Source of the DNA: a virus
Taxonomy: Duplodnaviria > Caudoviricetes
Strand: one strand, 5' to 3'
Length of the DNA: 64,000 nt
IMG/VR virus record: IMGVR_UViG_3300006155_000013
Coordinates: 10,535 to 74,534 of that record
Position numbers and translations under genes: made by a program. Below the pieces are notes generated by a model. It was not told the origin of the DNA. It saw nothing but the letters and a program-made list of their open reading frames with translations, and did no database searches. The number at the start of each line of letters is the position of its first letter. Within the stretch, counting starts at the first letter, position 1. This document shows positions 18,238 to 26,146 of the stretch, one piece after another.

Positions 18238-19632
18238 TTAAGGCCGGAAAAGGATCGTGATCTGCCGCGTGGGATGGACAAGTATCTTATCCAACGCCGA
18301 CCGCCAAAAGGCCTGCTTATCGGTCCTTCCCAGTTCCTGGTATGCGCTCTGCCATCCTTGATAGAAGATCGACAGCAACCGGTCCGCAGTTGGCACGGCG
18401 GCGGGCACACTGCGCTCTTCTATCGTCAGGGCGTCCAGCTGCGCGGTTAATGCTTCATAATCCTTTCGGTACAGCTCCAAATCTATTATAGCATCAACAT
18501 ACAGATCTTTCAAGCGGGAAAGCCTCTTTTTTAACTTGGTACGCTCCTCCTGGAAATTCTTTGCCGGCCTCCCGGCGGACGCGGTCTGCTCCAGCTGATA
18601 GCCGAATTGCCGCAGCTCTGCATCCACGTTCTGCAAGAGATAATCCTCCACCACGGTCTCCCGGATGTTGACATCGTTGGCGCAGTCCCCGTTATTATAC
18701 CGCCCGCGGCAGTTGTAGGCGATGCCGCTGCGCCACTCTCCCGACTTGACACGGTAGTTATTTGTATGAGACCCGTACCGCCGCCCGCACTCGGAGCAGA
18801 AGATGATCCCCGCAAAGAGATAGACCCGGTCTGCATCGGTCCTGCGCTCCGCACGGCGGCGGTTGGTGGAAATTTCGTCAAACTGCTCCTGCGTGATATA
18901 CGCCGGGCACATCCCCTCCACGCCCTCGAAGCACCCGCAGTACGCCTCCTTGGTCAGCATGAGCCGGGACAGGTAGTAGGTGAAGAGCACCCCGCAGCGG
19001 GCTTCCGTGGCTCTACGGGCCTGTTCAATGGATCGGGTGGCCAGGAAGCGCTCAAAAAAGCAGGACACCGCCGCCTCCGTCTCCGGATCCTTGACCACCT
19101 TCTTTCCCTCGATCTTGTACCCCGTCGGGACCTTGCCGGTGCAGGGCTCCTGCCGCTCCTTTTTGGAGGCGAACACCGCCTTGATCCGCTCGCTGGTGCG
19201 GTCCGCCTCGTCCTGGGCCACGCTGAGCATGATGTTGATCTTCAGACGGCCCGAGGCGGTAGAGGTGTCGTAGTCCTCGTGGATGGTCTTCCAGTCTACG
19301 CGGTGGCGCTCCAGGATTTCCTGGACCTTGTAATATTCAGCTATGTTCCTAAACCAGCGGTCCAGCTTGGTGAAGACAACCAAGTCAATCAGGCCGGTCT
19401 CCACGTCCGAGAGCAGCCGCTGAAGCTCCGGACGCTTCGCCGCGCTTTTGCGTGCGGAGATACCGGCATCAATGTAGTGCCCGGCCACCTGGACCCCTGC
19501 CGTTTCCGCCCAGGCGTCCAGAGCCTCCCGCTGGGCCTCGATGGACAGGCCGTGGACCGCCTGCTCTTCTGTGCTGACGCGGATGTACAGCGCGGCTCGG
19601 GCGGCGGGAACGATGCCTTTTTCTGTTTTCAT
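18238..19632 (-). CDS. int: Large serine integrase
   Basis: AALYIRVSTEEQ catalytic motif, KLDRWFR, recombinase domain, CSECG...YNC...C zinc ribbon, coiled coil. Confidence 0.95.
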   Translation of the reverse strand: MKTEKGIVPAARAALYIRVSTEEQAVHGLSIEAQREALDAWAETAGVQVAGHYIDAGISARKSAAKRPELQRLLSDVETGLIDLVVFTKLDRWFRNIAEYYKVQEILERHRVDWKTIHEDYDTSTASGRLKINIMLSVAQDEADRTSERIKAVFASKKERQEPCTGKVPTGYKIEGKKVVKDPETEAAVSCFFERFLATRSIEQARRATEARCGVLFTYYLSRLMLTKEAYCGCFEGVEGMCPAYITQEQFDEISTNRRRAERRTDADRVYLFAGIIFCSECGRRYGSHTNNYRVKSGEWRSGIAYNCRGRYNNGDCANDVNIRETVVEDYLLQNVDAELRQFGYQLEQTASAGRPAKNFQEERTKLKKRLSRLKDLYVDAIIDLELYRKDYEALTAQLDALTIEERSVPAAVPTADRLLSIFYQGWQSAYQELGRTDKQAFWRSALDKILVHPTRQITILFRP

Positions 19633-19634
19633 GG

Positions 19635-19746
19635 TTGCATTCCTCCTATAAAATGTGATAATATAGGAGAAGTGATAGGCGTTGCAATCTTATCACTTCT
19701 CCTTGAACCGTCTCCGGTGCTGGCGCACCGGGGACGGTTTTTTATT
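19635..19746 (+). ncRNA. Cassette A: antisense promoter plus two-hairpin sRNA opposite the integrase leader
   Basis: TTGCAT-N16-(TGT)GATAAT 19635-19662; 13-bp stem 19665-19703; 15-bp stem 19706-19739 with T-tract. Confidence 0.6.
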
Positions 19747-20080
19747 GCGCTTTTTTCAGCTCGTTGACGTCTGTACGCAGACGCTTGATAGAATCCTTCA
19801 TCATGGGCACGTCGCCCGCTAGTTCATACATACGGTCGTTGTCGGCCTTTTTCTTCAACTGCTCCATGATTGCTTCATGACCCTCGTAGAGCGCCTGGAG
19901 CCGGGGCAGGACCACGCCCTCCTGAGTGACGGCTACGCGGGTCAGGGTATCCTGCATCTCGTCCAGACGCTCTCCTTGTTGGGCCTGGGTGGCTTTCAGC
20001 TCTGCGACATCGCCTTTCAGTCCTGCGACATCGCCTGTCAGCTTTGTCAGCATCTGCAAAATCTTCTCTTCGTTGTTCAT
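19742..20080 (-). CDS. Coiled-coil hypothetical protein
   Basis: RBS GAAAGGAG; heptad pattern. Confidence 0.7.
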   Translation of the reverse strand: MNNEEKILQMLTKLTGDVAGLKGDVAELKATQAQQGERLDEMQDTLTRVAVTQEGVVLPRLQALYEGHEAIMEQLKKKADNDRMYELAGDVPMMKDSIKRLRTDVNELKKAQ

Positions 20081-20125
20081 GGTGTGCTCCTTTCTATGTA
20101 CCCCGCCGGGGAGGCGGGGGCTTTT

Positions 20126-20566
20126 TTATGCCGGTTTTGTTTCGCTGGAGGCGGAGGAAGCTGATCCGCCTGCCGCCCGTCTCTTCTCTTCAAGGATTTC
20201 CCGGTAGTACTCCTCCGCTTCGGCGCGGGCCTCTGTCTCGTAGTCTGTGGGGACAGGGGTGTCCGTACCAGCGGGCGGGGCGGGAGTGGTTGTTTCCGTT
20301 TTGGAAATAGCCGCCGGGGCGGGGGTGGCCGCCGGAGGAGTGGCAATGGAATTGATCAGTCGTTTTACAGCGGAACGGTCGGCTTCACTCAAATGTAGAT
20401 AACCCAAGATGATACGTTGGTCCAGCTCATCCAGGTCAAACTCTCCAACAATCTGGGCGATTTGCGATTCCGGTACGCTACGGAACATCTCGCCCTTGCC
20501 GGTGCGAAGCCAAGTTTCGTTGACATTGAACTCCCGGCAGATGGAGAATATGACCGCCTCAGACAT
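20126..20566 (-). pseudogene. N-terminally truncated repressor paralog lacking the HTH
   Basis: Begins at SEAVIFSICREFNVNETWLRTGKGEMF, homologous to residues ~45 onward of 20733-21398; may still be translated. Confidence 0.65.
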
Positions 20567-20645
20567 AGGAGGCGCTAGAGGCTCGAAAACTTTAGCACCT
20601 CCTTGACCGTCTCCGGTGTTGGCAGCACCGGGGGCGGTTTTTTAT
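20566..20645 (+). promoter_or_regulatory. Cassette B: truncated two-hairpin module (no promoter visible)
   Basis: ACCGTCTCCGGTG-TTGGCAG-CACCGGGGGCGGT-TTTTTATT, near-copy of cassette A terminator. Confidence 0.6.
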
Positions 20646-20732
20646 TCTCCTGCGTCTATTTCGGTGGCTTCCCTAAGTACCGGGCCAAGTCAATGACCTT
20701 GCCCCAGTCCCTTGTCTGGCAGGGCGGGGGCT

Positions 20733-21398
20733 TTATTTTGCCTGCTTTGTTCCACCACTCCCAGTATCGCTTTGTGAAGCTGAGGATTCTGCCGCCCGTA
20801 TCTTTTCTTGAAGGATCTGTTGATAGAACTCATCCGCTTCAGCACGGGCTTCCTGTTCGGCCTTAGTCCGTGCCGGGGTGATCTCCTCTGATACCTCAGA
20901 CCCTTGCTGCATTTTAGAAAAATACTCTTGTATTGCGGCCCTTTTTGCATCCTCTGCATATGCCAACGCTTCCTCTATTGAAGGGTATCCCATTTCTGTT
21001 TTCAGAAGTTCCTCCGGCTTTTTGTCGCCAACCGATTTCATCAGCACACGGTAAAAGAACGCCCGGATGGCTTTCCTGTTGTTGGGTGTCAAATGAAGGT
21101 ACTCATCCACCAGCGCCTCATCAAAGGGATCCAAATAGAAATCGACCGCAAGCTCCTCCAAAGCCGTGTTGGGGGCTTTAGTGAACATTTCCCCCTTCCC
21201 AGTGCGGAGCCAGGTTTCGTTGACGTTGAATTCTTTACAAATTAAGGAAATTACTGAATTGCTTGGACCGTTCCGGTCAATTTCATAACTTGCAACAGTA
21301 TTTCGTTTCATACCAATACGATCAGCAAATCCTTGCTGTGTAAGGTCTAGTGCCCTGCGTAACTTTTTGATTCGCTGGCTGATTGTTTCGATCTGCAT
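20733..21398 (-). CDS. CI-like XRE repressor paralog
   Basis: RIKKLRRALDLTQQGFADRIGMKRNTVASYE; RBS AAGGAGG before ATG 21398. Confidence 0.88.
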   Translation of the reverse strand: MQIETISQRIKKLRRALDLTQQGFADRIGMKRNTVASYEIDRNGPSNSVISLICKEFNVNETWLRTGKGEMFTKAPNTALEELAVDFYLDPFDEALVDEYLHLTPNNRKAIRAFFYRVLMKSVGDKKPEELLKTEMGYPSIEEALAYAEDAKRAAIQEYFSKMQQGSEVSEEITPARTKAEQEARAEADEFYQQILQEKIRAAESSASQSDTGSGGTKQAK

Positions 21399-21414
21399 TT
21401 TATCCTCCTTAAAA

Positions 21415-21786
21415 TTATTTTGCCAAAGCAAGAGCGAAGCGCGCCGCCGCCTGCAACTCTTCCTCGCTCATAGCGGCCAAAGCCGAGAGGAAGCGGTACC
21501 GGATGTTCCCCGGTTCATCGCACAGTGCCAAGTCTACAAAGGCGGAGATTTCATCGTTTGCGGTCCTCTTGATGAACATTTCCCCCTTCCCAGTGCGGAG
21601 CCAGGTTTCACTTATTTTAAATTCACGGCAGACACCTAGCAGTAGTTGGTCAGAAGTATTTCGTTTTCCAGATTCTATAAGTGCAATAGTGTTTTGCTTT
21701 ACACCAATACGCTCAGCAAATGCCTGCTGAGTAAGGTCCAAAGCCTTACGCAGTTTTTTTATGCGTAAATTGATGGTTTCGTTCAA
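21415..21786 (-). CDS. CI-like XRE repressor (promoter-proximal)
   Basis: TTG start, G-rich RBS; RIKKLRKALDLTQQAFAERIGVKQNTIALIESG. Confidence 0.85.
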   Translation of the reverse strand: MNETINLRIKKLRKALDLTQQAFAERIGVKQNTIALIESGKRNTSDQLLLGVCREFKISETWLRTGKGEMFIKRTANDEISAFVDLALCDEPGNIRYRFLSALAAMSEEELQAAARFALALAK

Positions 21787-21816
21787 ATTGCAATACCCCC
21801 CCTTCTGGATAAATTG

Positions 21817-21845
21817 ACAATAGCACAAAAGCGTTGGTTTGTCAA
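21817..21845 (-). promoter_or_regulatory. Leftward (lysogenic) sigmaA promoter
   Basis: TTGACA-N17-TATTGT with TGn extension on minus strand. Confidence 0.75.
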
Positions 21846-21853
21846 CAAAAAGA

Positions 21854-21903
21854 TTGAATCCGACAAAAAGCCTCTTGACAAAAGACGGATTCAAGCATAT
21901 AAT
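21854..21903 (+). promoter_or_regulatory. Rightward (lytic) sigmaA promoter with candidate operator half-sites
   Basis: TTGACA(21875)-N17-TATAAT(21898); inverted TTGAATCCG (21854) / CGGATTCAA (21886). Confidence 0.85.
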
Positions 21904-21937
21904 AGTCGGAGAAACAACAAAAGGAGGTGAACACAAA

Positions 21938-22111
21938 ATGCGGAAACCGAATACGGAAGCCATTTCCAAGGAGGATATGGACTTTATCCGTTTGATGGCG
22001 GCAATGCCCACAGAGGCAAAAATTCTGACAAGGGGCCTGATCCTGGGCCTTGGCCTTTCGGAAAAGATCCAGAAGGGAGGCAATCCGGAAACGGCACGGC
22101 CCAGCGCGTGA
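21938..22111 (+). CDS. Small helical protein in the Cro position, no HTH
   Basis: RBS AAGGAGGTG; FIRLMAAMPTEAKILTRGLILGL. Confidence 0.7.
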   Translation: MRKPNTEAISKEDMDFIRLMAAMPTEAKILTRGLILGLGLSEKIQKGGNPETARPSA

Positions 22112-22155
22112 AACCACCCCATGTGGACCGGGCGTAGGAAGGGAGGTGAAAGAAA

Positions 22156-22347
22156 ATGGCGAATCATCTGGACTATCTGGAAGAGACGGGAATGACGGCA
22201 AGCGAGTGGGAAAAAGCCACAAACGCCGCCGCCCAGGATCTGGTGGATGTCCTTCGCAAAAGAGGCTGCACCTACCATGACGCAAAAGCGGCCCTCAGCA
22301 AGGCCGACACCATTTTGGAGCGGGCCATCCTGAAGGCCAAGGTTTGA
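22156..22347 (+). CDS. Hypothetical protein
   Basis: RBS GGAGGTG; 63 aa. Confidence 0.65.
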   Translation: MANHLDYLEETGMTASEWEKATNAAAQDLVDVLRKRGCTYHDAKAALSKADTILERAILKAKV

Positions 22348-22372
22348 TCTATAAAAATAAGGAGGACACCGA

Positions 22373-22930
22373 ATGAACGAACTGAAAATCTTCGAGCATC
22401 CCAAATTTGGGAGAATCCGCACCATCATCGAGGATGGTAAGACCCTGTTCTGCGGTAAGGACGCCGCGTTGGCGTTGGGGTACAAGAATCACATCAAGGC
22501 ATTGGCAGACCATTGCAAGGGGGTAACGAAACGCGACCTCCCCACCAACGGTGGAGCCCAGACTATGAATTTCATCCCCGAAGGCGACCTCTGCCGCCTG
22601 GCCGCAAAATCCGAGCTGCCCGGTGCAAGCGAGTTCGAGAGCTGGATTTTCGATGAAGTGATTCCCGCTATCCTGCGGACTGGTACCTATACGGTGCCCG
22701 GAGCGGCCCCAAAGTTGCTTTACCTTCCCGAAGGCGTTTCTTTGAACGGACTGGCAAAGCTGCTGACCATCACGCGACGGATGATGCTGGACATGGGCAA
22801 AGGCCCGAACGAAATCGGTTCCGTAGCAAAGGGACTGTTTGACAGCTGCGGTGTGCCCCTTGCCCCAGCGTTCTACAACGAGCTCCCCGGACAGACCAGT
22901 CTTTTCGACTATCCCGCTCTGGAGAGATAA
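22373..22930 (+). CDS. Bro-N domain antirepressor
   Basis: MNELKIFEHPKFGRIRTI...FCGKDAALALGY...FIPEGDLCRL...FESWIFDEVIPAILRTG. Confidence 0.9.
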   Translation: MNELKIFEHPKFGRIRTIIEDGKTLFCGKDAALALGYKNHIKALADHCKGVTKRDLPTNGGAQTMNFIPEGDLCRLAAKSELPGASEFESWIFDEVIPAILRTGTYTVPGAAPKLLYLPEGVSLNGLAKLLTITRRMMLDMGKGPNEIGSVAKGLFDSCGVPLAPAFYNELPGQTSLFDYPALER

Positions 22931-23042
22931 AAAGCGCCCCGCCGGGTGCGCCAACATCCGACAGGGCAAGCGAGACCAAAACATACGAAAAATCAGCCTC
23001 TACCCTCCATTATACCGGAGGCCGGGGCGGAAAGCAAGGAGG
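22931..23042 (-). ncRNA. Cassette C: antisense promoter, sRNA and terminator
   Basis: Minus strand TTGCTT(23037-23032)-N17-TATAAT(23014-23009); GU-stabilised hairpin plus T-tract at ~22965-22927. Confidence 0.65.
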
Positions 23043-23047
23043 GCCCC

Positions 23048-23260
23048 ATGCGGGAGAACCTGAAAGCCGCCCGCAAGGCGGCGGGACTGACACAGCAGGC
23101 TATGGCGGAGAAACTATGTGTAGGACTACGGCATTACAAAAAAATCGAGAGCGGAGAAACACTTGGTAGTATCGATTTGTGGGACAAACTGGAGGATATT
23201 ACTGGGATTCATCAGCGGATTTTGCGAGAAATTCGTCTCGGCAAAGAAGATAGTCTGTAG
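23048..23260 (+). CDS. Cro-like XRE protein
   Basis: LKAARKAAGLTQQAMAEKL...HYKKIESGE. Confidence 0.85.
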   Translation: MRENLKAARKAAGLTQQAMAEKLCVGLRHYKKIESGETLGSIDLWDKLEDITGIHQRILREIRLGKEDSL

Positions 23261-23426
23261 AAACGTTCAGGATATCTGCTATAAGTACAAGTCCCTCAAG
23301 CGTTGGGTTTGCGTGTCCGCTTTCGTATTTTCGGTAGTTTCGCAACCCGGTTTGAAGCGCATCCGCCATTTGTTGAGCCGTAATCCCCCGTTCTTTTCGC
23401 GTTTTATTCAATCTTTCACCTAGCAT
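23199..23426 (-). CDS. XRE regulator, convergent and overlapping with Cro-like gene
   Basis: RLNKTRKERGITAQQMADAL...YRKYESGHANPT...STDYLL; RBS AGGAGG. Confidence 0.85.
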   Translation of the reverse strand: MLGERLNKTRKERGITAQQMADALQTGLRNYRKYESGHANPTLEGLVLIADILNVSTDYLLCRDEFLAKSADESQ

Positions 23427-23447
23427 AAAATTTTCCTCCTAAAAGTC

Positions 23448-23507
23448 TTGACAGTGCCATAATAATACACTATAATGAAGCTGTCAGTAAGTGCCATAGT
23501 ATGGCAC
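23448..23507 (+). promoter_or_regulatory. Consensus sigmaA promoter with operator
   Basis: TTGACA(23448)-N17-TATAAT(23471); perfect palindrome GTGCCATA-G-TATGGCAC 23491-23507 and a half-site GTGCCATA in the spacer. Confidence 0.85.
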
Positions 23508-23529
23508 CATCAGAAAGGAGGACAAGCAA

Positions 23530-23739
23530 ATGGTAATCACCTACGAACGGCTACGGGAACTCCGGTTCCTGGGCGTAACACCGGAGACCGAGTGCTGTGC
23601 GAACTGCGAGCACTTCCACCAGCACTACAACAAAGACGGGGGCCTGATTTTCGCAGGGCACTGCTGCTATCCGCGCATGAAGCCCAGGAAAGGCTACGAC
23701 CTCTGCAAGTATTTCAAGGGCAAGGAGGACACCGAATGA
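23530..23739 (+). CDS. Small Cys-rich protein
   Basis: CANCEHF...GHCCYP...LCKYF. Confidence 0.65.
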   Translation: MVITYERLRELRFLGVTPETECCANCEHFHQHYNKDGGLIFAGHCCYPRMKPRKGYDLCKYFKGKEDTE

Positions 23740-24272
23740 AAGTACAAGACTACCACGGCAAGAGCGTCATCGACAGCCGCGAGGTGGCGGAGATGGTGGA
23801 GAAGCAGCACAAGAACCTTCTCGCCGATATCCGCGGGTACCTCAAAATCATGGAGAAGGCTAACGGGCTGAATTTTCAGCCGGTCGATTTCTTCATTCCC
23901 AGTACCTACCAGGACAACAAAGGCGAGGACCGTCCCTGCTACCTCATCACGAAGAAGGGCTGCGACATGATCGCCAACAAGCTGACCGGCGAGAAGGGCG
24001 TGCTGTTCACCGCCGCCTATGTGACGGCCTTCGAGGACATGAAGCGGGCGTTGGACGCCCCCAACCGCGCCCCGGAGGTCTCCCCCAGCGGGCTCGCAAA
24101 GCTCATCACCATCACCCGTCGGATCATGCTGGACATGGGCGGCACCCCGGTCCAGGTCGGCACGATGGCCCGGGATGTATTCAAGGCGTACAACTTCCCG
24201 GTTCCCATTGCGCTGGACAAGCAGTTGGAGGGACAGATCAGCTTCTTCGATCCGCCTCTGCTGGGCAACTAA
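23736..24272 (+). CDS. Rha-family regulator/antirepressor
   Basis: IDSREVAEMVEKQHKNLLADIR...CYLITKKGCDMIANKLTGEKGVLFTAAYVTAFEDM. Confidence 0.9.
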   Translation: MKVQDYHGKSVIDSREVAEMVEKQHKNLLADIRGYLKIMEKANGLNFQPVDFFIPSTYQDNKGEDRPCYLITKKGCDMIANKLTGEKGVLFTAAYVTAFEDMKRALDAPNRAPEVSPSGLAKLITITRRIMLDMGGTPVQVGTMARDVFKAYNFPVPIALDKQLEGQISFFDPPLLGN

Positions 24273-24386
24273 AAAAGCGCCCCTGCGGGTGCTGCCAACA
24301 CTCGCAGGGGCAAGCGAGACCAAAACATACGAAAAATCAGCCTCTACCCTCCATTATACCGGAGGCCGGGGCGGAAAGCAAGGAGG
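24273..24386 (-). ncRNA. Cassette D: antisense promoter, sRNA and terminator (79 bp identical to cassette C)
   Basis: TTGCTT(24381-24376)-N17-TATAAT(24358-24353); 13-bp hairpin plus T-tract on minus strand. Confidence 0.65.
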
Positions 24387-24391
24387 AAATT

Positions 24392-24607
24392 ATGAATTTT
24401 CACATCACGCTCAGCCCGGAGCAGTTCGAGTTTCTGGACGGACTGCTGGGGGATGTGGTCCAGCTTTATGAGCACCAGGCCGCCGCTCTGGCCTGCCTGG
24501 ACGGCGAGGCGGCCCGGGACCTGGCCCAGGAGCGGCTGGATGCGTCCCAGAATGCGGCGGAGATCGCGTGGCTGCTGGCTAACACCAAGCCTGTGGAAGG
24601 AGCGTAG
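24392..24607 (+). CDS. Hypothetical protein
   Basis: RBS AAGGAGG; 71 aa. Confidence 0.65.
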   Translation: MNFHITLSPEQFEFLDGLLGDVVQLYEHQAAALACLDGEAARDLAQERLDASQNAAEIAWLLANTKPVEGA

Positions 24608-24611
24608 AGAG

Positions 24612-24818
24612 ATGGGACGTAGGGAAAAGCCGGTCACGTTCAAGATCGTTGTCCCGCCTAGCGCGGCTAGGGCCGAACAAATGAGCCGCGACCTGCTGGA
24701 GATGGTGATGAAAAAGGAAGGGATCACGGCCAAGATCACCCCCGTGAAGCGCGGGCCCGGAGACCCGATTCTGACCATCGTCCCGCCGGAGACGGCGGGG
24801 AAATCTGCGAGTGCGTGA
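24612..24818 (+). CDS. Hypothetical protein
   Basis: ORF filling the gap between neighbours. Confidence 0.5.
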   Translation: MGRREKPVTFKIVVPPSAARAEQMSRDLLEMVMKKEGITAKITPVKRGPGDPILTIVPPETAGKSASA

Positions 24819-24834
24819 GAGGAGGGACACGACC

Positions 24835-25020
24835 GTGAAGCTTTACAAATGCGAGACTATCGCCCAGTTCAAAATCGGCATGTGGCTGGTGGAGCAGGGC
24901 ATCGAGCGGGAGGACATCCTGACGGCAGAGCTCTTGGGGCCCAACGAGGTCAAGATCACAAATCCAGCCGGACAGTATATGCACATCCGGTGGATGGGAG
25001 ACCATGCGGAGATTGTCTGA
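24835..25020 (+). CDS. Hypothetical protein
   Basis: GTG start after GGAGG; KLYKCETIAQFKIGMWL. Confidence 0.55.
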   Translation: MKLYKCETIAQFKIGMWLVEQGIEREDILTAELLGPNEVKITNPAGQYMHIRWMGDHAEIV

Positions 25021-25033
25021 GGAGGTGATCAGG

Positions 25034-25177
25034 ATGTACATCGTCAAGTAGTGCGACTGCGAGGGGAACCTCTATGAGCGGAAGTTCCGCACTATCCGCG
25101 CCGCCCGTGCAGAGGCGGAAGAGCTCCGAAAAAAGTACGATGGCGTGGAGATCGAGAAGGTGCCGGACCGGCGGTAG
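25034..25177 (+). pseudogene. Small gene with in-frame TAG at codon 6
   Basis: RBS GGAGGTG; MYIVK*CDCEGNLYERKF...; frame stays open for 41 further codons. Confidence 0.55.
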
Positions 25178-25180
25178 GCA

Positions 25181-25293
25181 CAAAGTTCCCCGGCAGGTAC
25201 CCTAACACCTGCCGGGGGATGGAGGAAGCCGGGATTATCAGGTCCAGCCTCTTACTATGATTTTAGCACGGTTCGGGGCAGATTGCAAGGAGG
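25181..25293 (-). ncRNA. Cassette E: antisense promoter, sRNA and terminator
   Basis: TTGCAA(25288-25283)-N17-(TGC)TAAAAT(25265-25260); 11-bp perfect stem 25188-25217. Confidence 0.6.
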
Positions 25294-25298
25294 AACGA

Positions 25299-25901
25299 AT
25301 GGAAGCAGAAAAATATTTGGTGCGCACACGCGCCCTCCGCTCCCAGAGGGATGTGTGGAAACAGGCGGCGGTGGGGGTGCTGGCCCTGTCCATCACGGGC
25401 AACATCGGGCTGTACGGCATCGCCTGTTCCCGGGAGGCGAGACACCGGGAGGAGACGGCACAGCTTCGCACAGAGCTCCGGCACGTGGAGGCGGTCCGGG
25501 ACGACGCCCTGGAGGAGCTGGGCCGCATGGCCAACGACTACGCCCGGGAGAAGCTGGCCAGGCAGGAGCAGGCGGAGGCGTATGAGGCCGTGGGGGCCTG
25601 GGAGTACGTCGGAGAGTGTACCATCACCGCCTACTGCCCCTGCGCGGAGTGCTGCGGGCGCTGGGCGGACGGCGTGACGGCCTCCGGTCTTCCCGCAACG
25701 CCCGGCGTCGTCGCCGTGGACCCAGAAGTGATCCCGCTGGGGAGTACGGCCGTCATCGACGGTCAGCGCTACCTCGCCGCGGACACCGGGAGCGGCGTGG
25801 AGGGCCTGCATATCGACATCTGCATGGGCTCTCATGAGGAGACCGTGGCGCACGGGGTCCGGACGGCGGACGTGTGGGTGGCAAAGGAGGCGCAGCCATG
25901 A
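25299..25901 (+). CDS. 3D-domain (MltA-like) membrane-anchored protein
   Basis: TM helix, coiled coil, ITAYCPC...TASG...VAVDP..IPLGS...AADTG...IDI. Confidence 0.85.
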   Translation: MEAEKYLVRTRALRSQRDVWKQAAVGVLALSITGNIGLYGIACSREARHREETAQLRTELRHVEAVRDDALEELGRMANDYAREKLARQEQAEAYEAVGAWEYVGECTITAYCPCAECCGRWADGVTASGLPATPGVVAVDPEVIPLGSTAVIDGQRYLAADTGSGVEGLHIDICMGSHEETVAHGVRTADVWVAKEAQP

Positions 25902-26146
25902 GCGGGATTTTCCAGCAGCTGAAGGAGGAGGCCCTCTACGCGCAGCGGTCCCTGTCCACAGAGCTGCTGTACCAGACCTACGGCGCGGCCAAGATGGCCC
26001 GGCATCTGGGGTTCATCACGAAGGAATCCTTTCTGGAGCTCAGCAGCATGACGGTCCGGTTCATGAACACAGACCTCGCTTATCTCCGTCAGAAACAGAT
26101 CGAATTTGCCGCGCTGCGCGGCATGAAGGAGGGCGCCCATGAGTGA
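25898..26146 (+). CDS. Hypothetical protein
   Basis: ATGA overlap; YQTYGAAKMARHLGFITKE. Confidence 0.6.
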   Translation: MSGIFQQLKEEALYAQRSLSTELLYQTYGAAKMARHLGFITKESFLELSSMTVRFMNTDLAYLRQKQIEFAALRGMKEGAHE

